Source: Octopus vulgaris (Eukaryota). Taken from it: 64,000 nt of DNA. The DNA is taken from NCBI GenBank assembly GCA_951406725.2, contig OX597823.1:61504001-61568000 (forward strand), written 5' to 3'. Under the pieces are notes generated by a model. That model searched no databases. It was not told the origin of the DNA and was given only the letters and a program-made list of their open reading frames with translations. A program made the translations under genes and the position numbers. The first letter of the stretch is position 1. Each line of letters starts with the position of its first letter. Positions 42,549-56,424 of this stretch are shown here, piece after piece.

Positions 42549-43342
42549 TCTTTATATTTTTATATATAAAAGAGAAGTTGTGTGTCTGTCTCCTACGATT
42601 TAGATTCCTAACTACTCTCACATTTTGCGGTGCAGTTTAACTAAAACCGGGTATCTTATAGTCGTGATTCATATCGAGCCCTTCTGGGTATTAGTGCGCA
42701 TCTACGATGAGTCTACGATTTAAAAAAAATTTACCATCATTTTTTTTCCATTTTAATGCATTTTTTCGCTATTATATAAGGGAAGTAACTCTCTAAAAAT
42801 GTCTACGATGAGTCAACGATTTAAAAAAAAATTTACCATATTTTTTTTCCATTTTTAATGCATTTTTTTGCTATTTTTTGGCTATAACTCTCTAAAAATG
42901 CTTATATCGTTATTTCCCTTACAAACCCGAGCAACGCCGGGCGATACTGCTAGTTAAAAGTGAAGTTGTGTGTCTGTCTCCTACGATTTAGATTCCTAAC
43001 TACTCCCACATTTTGCGGTGCAGTTTAACCAAAACCGGGTATTTTATAGTCGTGATTCATATCGACCCCTTCTGGGTATTAGCACGCGTCTACGATGAGT
43101 CTACGATTTAAAAAAAAATTTACCGTCATTTTTTTCCATTTTAATGCATTTTTTCGCTATTATATAAGGGAAGTAACTCTCTAAAAATGTCTACGATGAG
43201 TCAACGATTTAAAAAAAAATTTACTATAATTTTTTTTCCATTTTTAATGCATTTTTTTGCTATTTTTTGGCTATAACTCTCTAAAAATGCTTACATCGTT
43301 ATTTCCCTTACAAACCCGAGCAATGCCGCGCGATACTGCTAG
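42549..43342 (+). mobile_element. Two adjacent copies of the non-autonomous Helitron
   Basis: Both units are nearly identical to 17647-18039; CTAG ends at 42953 and 43342. Confidence 0.9.
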
Positions 43343-43711
43343 TATCTTTATAAATCTACACCTGGTTGAATATGTCAAAGTGGCATCACATCAGCCTAGT
43401 ACTACAATATATTATTACAGTATATGGTACCACAATATATTATTACCATATATGGTACCACCATCTATTCTAGAAACATAAGTATTACTAGTCTGTTGAG
43501 CTACCACTATAGCATGATCAACTGTTTGTAGATTTATAGATTTATACAGATATGGTGTATATTGTTATACATAATGAACTTTTATGCAATGTGGTTTGAA
43601 ATGGAATGGTACTGAAACAATTGTAATTGTATATTTAACTTGTACTTCATTGTACATGATTTATATATGCGTACATATACTCATAGGCACAAGCATAGCT
43701 GCATGGTAAGA

Positions 43712-43945
43712 AGGCAGCGAGCTGGCAGAATTGTTAGCACGCCGGGCAAAATGCGTTGCCGTATTTCGTCAGCTGTTACGTTCTGGGTTCAAATTCCGCC
43801 GGGATCGACTTTGCATTTCATCCTTTCAGGGTCGATAAATTAAGTACCAGTTACGCACTGGGGTTGATATAATCGACTTAATCCGTTTGTCTGTCCTTGT
43901 TTGTCCTCTCTGTGTTTAGCCACTTGTGGGTGGTAAAGAAATAAG
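43712..43945 (+). mobile_element. SINE family B inserted in the head of a family A SINE (43682-44255)
   Basis: TAAGAAG flanks both sides; the family A head resumes after the insert. Confidence 0.85.
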
Positions 43946-45104
43946 AAGCCTGCTTCCCAGCCACATGGTTCTGGGTTCAGTCTCACTGCATGACACCTTG
44001 GGCAGGTGTCTTCTAGTATAGTAGTGGATTTGGTAACTGGAAACTGAAAGAAGCCCATTGTATAGTGTGAGTGTGTCTTTATGCTTGAGGATGTCCCCTG
44101 TTGTGTTTACGTCCTCATAACTTAGAGGTTCAGAAAAAGAGATGGATAGAATATAAAATATGTATTGGGTTGATTCATTTGACCAAAACTTCTTCAAGAT
44201 GGTGCCTCAGTATGGCCGCAATCTAATGACTGAAACAAGTAAAAGATAAAAGATAAAAATATGCATACATACATGTGTATATGTGTGTACATACATTCTC
44301 TCTCTTTCTCGCACACACACATACATGCTGTATTCGATGGAATATTTGACACATGCCAATGTCAGCAGTGTATTTTCAGGAAGAACATTTTTTAGTGCAT
44401 TAAAGCATTTAATATAGGTGCAGCTGGACATACAAGAAATGAGTTGATTTTTTGAGACATTTTGTGGGCAAAAATGTGCATCTTAAATGCCATCAAATAT
44501 GGTATATATACAAGAGTAAATGAAACAGGAGGGTCAGATTAGGCTGTTTTTAATACATCATAAATTATACCTACATACATACATACATACATACATACAT
44601 ACATACATACACACTTTACATAGATATAAAACAAAACATACAAATCAGCATGTATACATACAAAAATACCCTGTTGATGATGATGAAATTCCAATGAAGG
44701 AGCCCTAGATCTAGGTGAGAAACCAGCTCTTTCTCTATTGGCCAGAAATCTTGAAATAAAACTGAATAATGACATACATACATACATACATACATACATA
44801 AATATTTTCACATATATGTTTGTATAGATATCTATTTGTGTGTGTGTATGTGTGTGTGTGTGTGAGTGTGTGTACATATGTGTGTGCATGCGCATGTGTA
44901 CATATGTGTGTGTGTGTCTGTGTGCGCATGTGTATGTAAACATATACAAATTCTGTGTAAATAAGGAAATAGTGACAATTGAAAAATTTTAAATAGAATT
45001 ATGAGCCTTCACTAACTACTGACTATAGAAAATAGTCTAATATTAGGGTATACAAGCCCCTGTAATGGAAAACATAGGTATTAGTATGATATATATAGAT
45101 GTAG

Positions 45105-45258
45105 ACATAGGAGTGGCTGTGTGGTAAGTAGCTTGCTTACAAGCCACATGGTTCTGGGTTCAGTCCTTTGGGCAAGTGCCTTCTACTATAGCCTCGGGCC
45201 GACCAAAGCCTTGTGAGTGGATTTGGTAGACAGAAACTGAAAGAAGCCCATTGTATAT

Positions 45259-45296
<38 letters not shown>

Positions 45297-45548
45297 ATGT
45301 GTGTGTGTTTGTGTGTTTGTGTGTTTGTGTGTTTGTGTATATGTTTGTGTGTCTGTGTTTGTCCCCCCAACATCGCTTGACAACCGATGCTGGCGTATTT
45401 ACATCCCCGTAACATAGCGGTTCAGCCAAAGGGATCCGATAGAATAAGTACTAGACTTACAAAGAATAAGTCCTGGGGTCGATTTGTTCAACTAAAGGAG
45501 GTACTCCAGCATGGCCACAGTCAAATGACTGAAACAAGTAAAAGAGTA
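45105..45548 (+). mobile_element. SINE family A, full length
   Basis: Match to family A. Confidence 0.9.
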
Positions 45549-46363
45549 GAAGCGTATGTGCGAATAAATGTATCTATTTATCTATCAGGTATATATATAT
45601 ATATATATATATATGATATATGTGTGTATGTATGTATTCAACATGTGCTACTAATACACTTCTACTATGTTTCAATGTATTTAGAATTTATAAACTACAC
45701 TACACAATCATTTAAACACATGACAAATATTTTGTTCTCCAATGTTTACTTTCACAATTCCAACAAACTCTGTTCTATTAGCTACTCTATCACACTATAT
45801 TGCATTCTGACACCTATCTTCCTTCACCACACATTCTTGACCACTACATTATGATTTCAGTATAACGTTCAGTGCACACTCTCTTTCTTCCCACAAAACA
45901 CCTGTATGTTTTTTAATGTTTGTCATTTCATCATTTTAATATACACTTTTCTATGCTTAGATGCCACAGAATTTATTGAGGCAGATTTTCTATGTCTTGA
46001 TATCTTTCCTGTTGCTAACCTTCACCTGTTTCCAAGTAAAAAATATTTCTCAATGACCAGACATGTTTTTGCAGAAGATTCGAAACAAAGAACACTGCTT
46101 ATATTATGGTTACTCTCCTTTACAACTAATAAGTGATGACAAGGCAATGAGACACAAAGCACACACACACCTACATATATATAATTATAGTTGTTGCTTT
46201 TATTTCTTACAGAGATTTTCTAACTAGCTAATTTGCTTGTTGCAAGATCAGTGGCTGGGTGTCACTTATTTTATATATATTGCAGGCTGGAATAAACTAC
46301 TGTTATCTCTAGCAGATGAGTACCCACCAATCAAATAGCTCTGATGGTCCTGTTGCTGATTTA

Positions 46364-46399
<36 letters not shown>

Positions 46400-46403
<4 letters not shown>

Positions 46404-46668
46404 ATTTCTTTATTGCCCACAAGAGGCTAAACATAGAGGGGACAAACAAGGACATACAAAAGGATTAAGTCAATTACATCGACCCCAGTGTGTAACTGGT
46501 GCTTAAGACGCACATCAGGCTTCTTTCAGTTTTCATCTACCAGATCCACTTACAAAACTTGGTCAACCTGAGACTATAGTTGAAGACACTTTTCCAGTGT
46601 ACCATGCAGTAGAACTGAACCTGGAACCATATGGTTGGGAAGCAAACTTCTTACCTGCTAGCCATGCC
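46400..46668 (-). mobile_element. SINE family B 3' end joined to a family A 5' half
   Basis: Reverse-complement matches to both families. Confidence 0.75.
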
Positions 46669-46931
46669 TGATACACCATTTCCCAACTACGTGTATATTA
46701 CACACCATTTTACTACCAACAGAATACTTCTGAATTATAATGCTTGTTGCATCATACTTCCCTTTTCACAGTTTACAACTGTATTAGTATGTTCAGCACA
46801 TATAATTTCCTTACTCTTAGATGACAAATGTATTTATGATGATATTCAGCACACAAGTTCATCACCCACAGTGGACCACTGCATTCATAATATTCAATAA
46901 ACATTATTTTACTACTGATGGTAATTTATAT

Positions 46932-47155
46932 CCTTTATCTTTTTCTTGTTTCAGTCATTAGACCGTGGCCATGCTGGAGCACCAGCGTAAAGAATTTTTT
47001 TTTCAGTCAAGGGAATCAACACCAGTACTTTTTTTTTTAAGCCTTGTACTTATTCCACCAGTCTCTTTTGTCAAAATGCTAAGTTACAGTGACGTAAACA
47101 AACCAACACTGGCTTTCAAGTGGTGGCAGGGAACAAACACAGACACAAAGACACC

Positions 47156-47193
<38 letters not shown>

Positions 47194-47355
47194 GGACTTT
47201 TTTTCCAGTTTCTGTCTACCAAATCCATTCACAAGGCTTTGGTTGACCTGAGGCTATAGTAGAAGACACTTGTCCAAGGTGCCATGCAGAGGGACTGAAC
47301 CTGGAATCATGTGGTTGGGATGCAAGCTTCTTACCACACAGCCATGTCTGTGCCT
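46932..47355 (-). mobile_element. SINE family A, full length
   Basis: Reverse-complement match. Confidence 0.88.
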
Positions 47356-47359
47356 ATAA

Positions 47360-47428
<69 letters not shown>

Positions 47429-48394
47429 GCCACACCTACACCTGCATGTATACATCATCATTATAACATTATAGTATGATGTTCATTATTCACGATTTTC
47501 TTGCATGCAGTACACCAAGCTATTATAATATGCAGAACATTCAGTTTCCCTACACACAGTACACACCACACAACTATAAAGTTCATTAGACACTATTTCC
47601 CCCACCCTCACCTCCAACCATTTCCCCATTCTATTATAATATTCCAAAATCCCATTTCCATTGCTAGTCAATGCTTTTGTCATGTATGCACTTCTTTGTT
47701 TCATTTCAAACGGCTGATTTGCATTATCAATTATTTTCATTTTCTCTGTTGACTCAGAGTTGAAGATGTTAAATGCAGGAATTTTCAGGGTAGGGGATAA
47801 AAAAAAACAAATCTCAGAAGGGCTGGTAGGGCTTTCAATCAGATGAAAAGCACCGAGCTAAAAATTATGATCATTAAATATAACTGAAGCTTGTACAGTA
47901 ACTTCAAAAACAATTGATAACCTACCAGCATTAAGGGAATGTGTATGGCTTGTTAGTTAAGGTATTAGGCTCAAGATTACTAGGTTGCAATTTCAATTCC
48001 CAGACCAGGTAGTACATTGTGCTCTTGAGCAAAGCACTTCATTCAACATTGCTTCTGTGCCTTCAGTTTTAGAGTGTGTAACCAGTGGTACATTGGGGAA
48101 GGGTGGGTAATCCTAGAATAAACTGGAGCCTCCTTCTTCAGAAGATATTCTTGTACTTCGAGCACAAACACCTTGAAAATTTAAAATAAGTTCTTCCCTC
48201 GTGAGCCAGTAGACTCAGGATAGGCAGACAACCACTACCATCACAGCCCCAACCATCACCATCCATCTTTTATTTTGTATTGAATGCCCTAATGGCAAAA
48301 TGACTTGAAGATAAAAGGAAAATACTTATAACCATCATATATCCAGGATGGCATTGCTGCTAGACTAAATCCAAATGAAAGTTATTTCATTAAC

Positions 48395-48442
48395 AAACAC
48401 AAGCACAAAGACACCATATATATGTATGTATATATATATATG

Positions 48443-48522
<80 letters not shown>

Positions 48523-48690
48523 TGATGGACTTTTTTTTCCAGTTTCTGTCTACCAAATCCATTCACAAGGCTTTGGTTGACCTGAGACTATAGTAGAAGA
48601 CACTTGTCCAAGGTGTCATGCAGAGGGACTGAACCTGGAATCATGTACTTGGGAAGCAAGCTTCTTACCACACAGCCATGTCTGTGCCTA
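48395..48690 (-). mobile_element. SINE family A 5' half (local duplicate of 47135-47360)
   Basis: Shares private variants and flank with the 47-kb copy. Confidence 0.85.
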
Positions 48691-48695
48691 TAAAT

Positions 48696-48770
<75 letters not shown>

Positions 48771-49443
48771 TGACAAAGACTCACTCATCAATAACTTAAG
48801 CCATGGATTTATGAGAGAGAAACTAAGTTAACAAGGAATCTCTCTGGTAGTGGCACTCAACCATTTTTTGCCTATTCACCTCTTTGGCTCTTATTTTAGT
48901 TAGGAGGGCCTGCATAGCCATGTGTGTTTTAGAAATCCCAATATATTTTTCATAATTAAACATTATAAAAAACTGTTAGAATATTTCATGTATTATAGAA
49001 ATGTAACCAATTTATTGTATATTGATTTTAACAACAAAATCTTACATGGCCCCCACAAGGGACCCTGGTAGAAAACCACTGTTGTATGTGGTTGTTCAAC
49101 ATGTTAGACACAGAAGCCAAATCTCTTTCACATCAGCCCTACTAAAATCTAAGAAAATACAATATTAAATACTATATTTGATGACAAACAGATGTTTCAA
49201 AATATGACACTGGGTCCTATATCCGATGTTGGGTTTATGTTACATGCTTTAAAGCCCTAACAGTTTTTTTTTTCCTGAATATTTGCATCTAAAATTGGGA
49301 TGCAACTCTGTGACTCTTTAACTCATTTCAACTTTAAAACTACAGTCATGCTGGAGCACCATCTATATTTGTGTCATGGTAGAGCTCCAGCACGGCAACA
49401 GTCAGATGACTGAAACAAATAAAAGAATAAAAGAATATACATA

Positions 49444-49501
<58 letters not shown>

Positions 49502-49598
49502 CAGGAAAGTTTACGAAAATAAACAAAACACGAAGGCAGGTGGAGTACAAACAAACAAATGTATTAGTATAGCGCTCAGGAATAGAAATAGAAAAAGT

Positions 49599-49634
49599 CT
49601 TTTACGTTTCGAGCCTATGCTCTTCGACAGAAAG
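49599..49634 (-). ncRNA. Minimal hammerhead ribozyme-like motif (A6U variant) in a repeat at 49500-49692
   Basis: CTTT-CTGTCGA-A-GAGC-ATAG-GCTC-GAAA-CG-TA-AAAG; perfect stems I and II. Confidence 0.6.
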
Positions 49635-49926
49635 ATACACAGAAAAAAACAAGGAGAGGAAAAAATGCGTGTAGGAGCTAACGATCTATCATGGTGTCCT
49701 GTATATTTACACACACACACATACATACATACATGTGTGTGTGTAATTGAAAAAAATTGGAGTCAACAAGAAGGGATACAGTTGGACATTTATTTTTTAA
49801 TCACTACAATTGTTTTCACGCAACGTAGTTCTCCAGGAGTGTAGGTACTTGATTATGAAACTGTTTCCCTGCATTATAAGATCTATAAATGTTCTTAACG
49901 GAATATACCATAACTATATGTATATA

Positions 49927-50014
<88 letters not shown>

Positions 50015-50067
50015 TATACACATATCTATATATGTATGTGTATATTTATATAAGTATATATATATAT

Positions 50068-50399
50068 TTCGATTTTGGATTTGGTTTGCAAGATTCTTTA
50101 TATGAGTTCGTGTATTGAAGCATATTCTGTTGTGTCTGGGGAAAGTCATTCTCTTTTAGTGCCTTATTATTTAACACACTCACCGGTAAAATTTCCACTT
50201 ATTTCTTATTTTTTTATTTTCTAAAATTTTCATTGCATCTTGCAACAAAAATAACAGACAGAGTCAAGACTATTGAAAAATTTGCAAGAGGCAACGAAAA
50301 TTTTAGAAAATAAAAGAATAAGAAATAAGTGGAAATTTTACCGGTGAGTGTGTTAAATAATAAGGCACTAAAAGAGAATGACTCTCCCCAGACACAACA

Positions 50400-50400
<1 letters not shown>
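50068..50400. mobile_element. Palindromic TA-embedded element resembling a Penelope pLTR pair
   Basis: 50127-50246 is the reverse complement of ~50282-50400; relatives at 9605-10325 and 20983-21110. Confidence 0.8.
50270..50306 (+). ncRNA. Minimal hammerhead-like motif (U3-A8 variant)
   Basis: CTA-TTGAAAA-A-TTTGC-AAGAG-GCAAC-GAAA-AT-TT-TAG. Confidence 0.5.
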
Positions 50401-50473
<73 letters not shown>

Positions 50474-50504
50474 TTATATAAATATACACATACATATATA
50501 GGTA

Positions 50505-50550
<46 letters not shown>

Positions 50551-51093
50551 TGTATGTATGTATATGTACGTATATATATGCACATCTAAGAAAATGCTAT
50601 ACTAGGTATGCCATGTTTGAAAAACATTTGGGTTGGTCATTGGTAGATGTTCTCAGTTACAGAGTTGTTGGGTATATAGTCAAATCTCACATAATCGCAC
50701 ATCAGTCTATGTATAGTGACACTATGCAACATGACTGAACTTTTGAATAATAGGTACTGTACAGAGAAACTGTGAGAGAGAAAGGGGGAGAGAGAAGAGG
50801 TGAGAGAGATGGGAGAGGAGAATTCAGTCTGGTGTTCACTGGCACTATATTCGTCAATGCCAAAAGAGTAAATGACAAAATAGATCTTGGTAGGATTTGA
50901 ACTCAGAGAAAGACAGAAGCACTCCATCAATTACTTTAATTCATTGCTTTCCCCATGTTTGTGTGTGTGTGTGTTTGTATGCCTACATGTCTGTGTGTGC
51001 TTATATATAATATAATATAATATTCTATATATATATATAATATAATATTCTATATATATATATATAAATATAATATAATATTATATATATGTG

Positions 51094-51202
<109 letters not shown>

Positions 51203-52061
51203 TGTCTATATGTCTATGTATATATAAGGAGAGATAGGGAAAAAGAGAGAGATATATATATATACATATATATACATGTGTATTTATATATATATATATA
51301 TATATAAATGAGTGTGTGCTTGTATGTGTATGTGTGTGTGTATAAATACACACAGAGTGTGAGATCAATAGATATGTGTGTGTATAAGTTAAATCTGTTC
51401 GTGTCTATGTGTTCATATATCTGTGTGCCTGTGTGTGTGGGTATATAACATATATATATATATATGCATACAGAGAGAGAAAGATTGAGAGATAGAGAAA
51501 GGGCGACGGATATGTGGGTGCATTTTTAAATCCGTTCATGTATGTCCGTGTATGTGCGTATGTGTCTGTCTGTGTGTGTGTACATGCACTTGTGCATGCA
51601 TGCGCATGTGAATATACATATGCATTTGGATTTACAAATGAGGGGGAGAGAGAGGAGAGACAAGACGGTACTCAGTGCATGTAGTAAGGGCTATTCATTC
51701 ACTCGTTCATTCATTCATTCATTCATTCATTTCGATGAATGAGAGGATTCGCACCATCCACACTTCATCTCCCACTCCAAACCTATCACTAACTAAAAAC
51801 AAAACAAAAAAAAAAGAGAGAAACCCTGATATAAACCGGCAAATCAAAGGAGCAATAGAGTGCAGCATCAGCTTCATATAACGTTCAATGTGTGTTTCTG
51901 TGTTTGTGTGTTTGTATGTTTCTGTGCATGAAACAGCAGCCCCCCACCCCCACCCCTGAAATTGTCTCCTTTCCCTCCACCCTGACCATGATTTCGTTGT
52001 AGACTTTGACCTACAAATATTTAGGCTGATCATCAGCTGCGTCTGTTTCACTTGTTTCGGG

Positions 52062-52093
<32 letters not shown>

Positions 52094-52190
52094 GAGAGAA
52101 AGATGGATAACAAAAAATACAAAAACAACAAACAGAAAACAAACACAAGCAATGCTCCGCTCACACTCAATAACTCATATACATACATAC

Positions 52191-52231
<41 letters not shown>

Positions 52232-52294
52232 CATACATACACACACACACATATATATATGTATATGTACATATATCTATACATATATATATAC

Positions 52295-52353
<59 letters not shown>

Positions 52354-52384
52354 TATACACATATATATATACACATATATATAT

Positions 52385-52439
<55 letters not shown>

Positions 52440-52740
52440 TATATGTATATATATATAAATCAAAGCAAATATAGAGTTGGTGTCATTAAATGTTCAAAGC
52501 AATGCCAATGAAGTCTTCTGCCTAGTCTTTTCTCTTGCAGATATATAAAAGTTGACATGAAAAAAATTAAAATGTGTTGAAACTTGAAATGGTACAAATT
52601 AAGGTGGAGTAGATGAAATTTAGTGAATGTATGGATATCTACATCCAAAGGGGTGAAGTATGCATATATGTAGGTATAATCATTACATATTTATACATAT
52701 ATATATATATATAGCATATTATATGTATATAAATATATAT

Positions 52741-53152
52741 TACTCTTTTACTTTTTTACTTGTTTCAGTCATTTGACTGCGGCCATGCTGGAGCACCACC
52801 TTTAGTCAAATCAAATCGACCCCAGGACTTATTCTTTGTAAGCCTAGTACTTATTCTATTGGTCTCTTTGGCCAAACCGCTAAGTTACAGGGACGTAAAC
52901 ACACCAACATCAGTTGTCAAGCGATGTTGGGGGGACAAACACAGACACTGAAACATATACACACACATACATTTGCATATACATATATATACGACAGGCT
53001 TCTTTAAATTTCCGTTTACCAAATCCACTCACAAGGCTTTGGTCAGCTCGAGGCTATACTAGAAAACATTTGCCCAAGGTGTCACGCAGTGGGACTGAAC
53101 CCAGAAACATATGGCTGCAGTCTAATGACTGAAACAAGTAAAAGATAAAAGA
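52741..53152 (-). mobile_element. SINE family A (minus) with an inverted 3'-tail fragment at 53111-53152
   Basis: Reverse-complement match, then plus-strand ATGGCTGCAGTCTAATGACTGAAACAAG. Confidence 0.85.
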
Positions 53153-53610
53153 TGTGTGTATGTGTGTTTGTTGATATATATATTTAAAAGTCTTTGTGAA
53201 AATTACTTGATGCAGTTTTACTAAGTATAAAAAAGATTTTTTTAAAGGAAGTTACAAATTCAGCCGAATGTCTCTAATCATTTTGGAGGAAGTTTATTTC
53301 TAGTGTGTGTAAGCACTTTCGATTATCTTTTCAAACACACCTGTTCTTGGATAATGCCTGAAAGAGGAAGTTATTTTTGTGATAGTGATAGTATTAACTA
53401 TTTCCAATTTATTTTTGGACTTAGGGATTTCATGAAGTATTCTTCCATTGTCTTTCATAGTTAATCATTTTTATCTAATATTTTGTAAAAAGGAATATGA
53501 AAATATTCTTTTCCCATTGTTTATAATATGAAGTTTTGACTATTTTCAATTTAGTTTTAGATTCAGAATTCTTATATAGTATTTTTCTATTGCATTTCAT
53601 AATTTATATA

Positions 53611-54498
53611 TATGGTGTGATGAGTAAATTGTCATCATTTTATATTTTTAATTTCGTGCATGCACATTGTTTGTTTTTGATTTTGTTGACTACATGATAT
53701 AGAAGGGTCAACTGGGCACTGTCTATGAGAAAAACAGCACCATGATGCAATTCACTCTACCATAAATTCAGTATGACATGCTGTATTGCTTGACATTTGT
53801 GTTAGAAGCTCCAATATGAACAATTCAAAGTGTTTTGGTGTCAATCTGAGGACAGTGCAATCTGAGGACATGTACCAAGAGTGATAAAAATCAAACATCC
53901 AGCCAACATCATGGTATTTGGAGAGATCACTAGTGATGGTGACGTTTTGCTTCCATTCATCTTTCCACATGACCTCAGACTCAACATGGATGCCTACATC
54001 AAGTGCCTGGAGAAGGTAGTGCTGCCCTGGGTTAAGAAGGTGGCTGCTAGAAGACCCTATGTCTGGTAACAGGACTCTGCACCATGTCGCACAAGCAGGA
54101 GATCTCAGTCGTGGCTGTTAGACAATTTCTGTGAGCACATCAACCCTAGCATCTGGCCACCTTACTCTCTAGACTGCAATCCCCTTGATTATTACGTGTG
54201 GGGCACTGTTGAGTGAGAGACCAACAAAATTCCTTATAACTTCAAAGATGAACTAAAGGCAAGGATTATGGCAACATTCACCAACTTAAACAGGGAGACA
54301 GCCAGAAGAGCTGCAGGAGATTCTGAAGTCGTCTGGAGGCCGTGACTGAAGCCAATGGAGATTTTATTGAATAAATTTACTCTTCAGTATTTCAAGATGT
54401 TTGCATGTAATTTTGGTAAATATAACTTTTTAAAATGAGATGCCAGTGTTATTTTCATTTTTGCATAATTTAGACAACTGTTTATTCACTGCACCCTG
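53611..54498 (+). mobile_element. Degraded DD37D (maT-type) Tc1/mariner element
   Basis: KHPANIMVFGEITSDG...QDSAP...WPPYSLDCNPLDYYVWG with 37 residues between the two Asp; in-frame stops; right end CACCCTG-TA, degenerate left TIR. Confidence 0.85.
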
Positions 54499-55094
54499 TA
54501 GATATATAGATTTTTACCTATCATCATCATCGTTTAGCGTGGAGAACAGACGTTAAACGATGATGATGATGATGATAGGTAAAAACGGTAAGATAACAAA
54601 AGAAAGAGACCTCAATATTATGTAAATAGAGGAAATTTATCTGTATACACTCACACACACACACACACACACACACATGCTTGTATATATATAATAAAAA
54701 CAGACAATGAGTTTACCTATTTATCAGATAAATAACTGGAATTGAAAACTACCCAACAGCAATATTCAATTCTGTATAATTTGTATCTATGATGGTAAAT
54801 GCTTTTCACTGTCTCCTCAGTGCAGTGTGATTCTTCAAGCCAATAAGTGCAATTCTATATACTGTTGTATCCTGATTCATAATGAATTTTTTTAACTGAT
54901 ATATATATATATATATAATATATATAATGTAGATAATTCCATCTACATTTTCAAGCATTATTCCCTTAATACTCCAATCATCTAATACAGTCCATATGGC
55001 CCCTGAAGATTTTTGCAGGTCCATGCAACAAAATAGCATTTTAAGGGTCCCTGAAAAAATTTTGCATTAGATATATATATAGGTTTGTACTGCA

Positions 55095-55479
55095 AGTGGT
55101 TGTGTTGTAAGTAGCTTGCTTACACACCACATGACTCCAGGTTCAGTCTCAAAGTGTGACACCTTGGGCAAGCATCTTCTACTATAGCCTCAGGCCAACC
55201 AAAGCCTTGTAAGTGGATTTAGTAGACGGAAACTGAAAGAAACCCATCATATATATGTACATGTGTGTGTTTGTGTGTCTGTGTTTGTTCTCCCAACATC
55301 ACTTGACCACCAATGCTGGTGTGTTTACGTCCCTGTAACTTAGCGGTTCAGCAAAAGAGACCAATCGAATAAGTACTAAGCTTACAAAGAATAAGTCCTG
55401 GGGTCAATTTGCTCGACTAAAGGCGGTGCTCCAGCATGGCTGCAGTCAAATAACTGAAACAAGTAAAAGAGTAAAAGAG
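55095..55479 (+). mobile_element. SINE family A, full length
   Basis: Match to family A. Confidence 0.9.
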
Positions 55480-55685
55480 TTCAATCTACACAAATGAATG
55501 TGTGGAAAACAAAATAGCAATTTTGAAAGAAGTATCTTTAAACATCAAATGGCTATGGGGGTCCACCGGAACAGAATAGTAATCAAAAGAGCCCATAGGT
55601 AAAAGAAGGGGTTGAGAACTCCTGTTCTAATCTGATCATCTACTAATCCTCCGTTAGAATGAGAGTATGTGCCTGTGTGCATGCA

Positions 55686-55719
<34 letters not shown>

Positions 55720-56127
55720 ATGGTATCAGAAGATGCTGTTTGGTCATGTAACATGACAGCTAATATGTTTTTATATGTGTACGATTGTTTAGATGTGCAT
55801 GTGTGCTACATTCTTCCACATAGATGAGTGCGGTCATGCATGCAAGTGCATTTGTACATGGTCCAGTGTGAGCAAGAATGTGTCTGTGTGTGCATGGGTA
55901 AATCGATTTATGCATGTGTGCATGTGTGGCTGTGCATGACTGATGGTTTGCTTTCATCCTTGTCTTAAAACTGTTTTGAACCTATTAACCCCGGTCGTCT
56001 GCCAAATAGTATTTTCTCTTGCTAAATGCCATAAAAATGTCTGCAATCATTTCCATTTTCTTTTTCTTTCACTTTCTCCTTGTGATATGCACTACTAACA
56101 TGTTATGGTTGTGGTTTTGTTGTTGAT

Positions 56128-56179
<52 letters not shown>

Positions 56180-56239
56180 CTATCACAACCAAACCCACCA
56201 TCACCATCGTCATTATTATTATTAATAATATTTTTCCTT

Positions 56240-56406
56240 TGATGTCTATTATAGACACAAGGCCTGAAAACTTGACTGGTACTTATTTCATTGACCCTGA
56301 AAAGATGAAAGGCAAAGTCGACCATAGTGGAACTTGAACTCAGTACATAAGGATGGATGAAATGCTGCTAAGCATTTTGCCCAGTGTGCTAGTGATTCTG
56401 CCAGCT
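56240..56406 (-). mobile_element. SINE family B
   Basis: Reverse-complement match. Confidence 0.75.
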
Positions 56407-56424
56407 CTCAATAATTTCAGAGAT

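Noticed and set aside
44685-44732. CCAATGA-AGG...GAAA-CCAG motif
   Set aside because: The core deviates at two invariant positions and there is no stem I
54793-54825. Minus-strand CTGAGGA-GACAGT-GAAA
   Set aside because: Helix II is too short to form and stem I is mismatched
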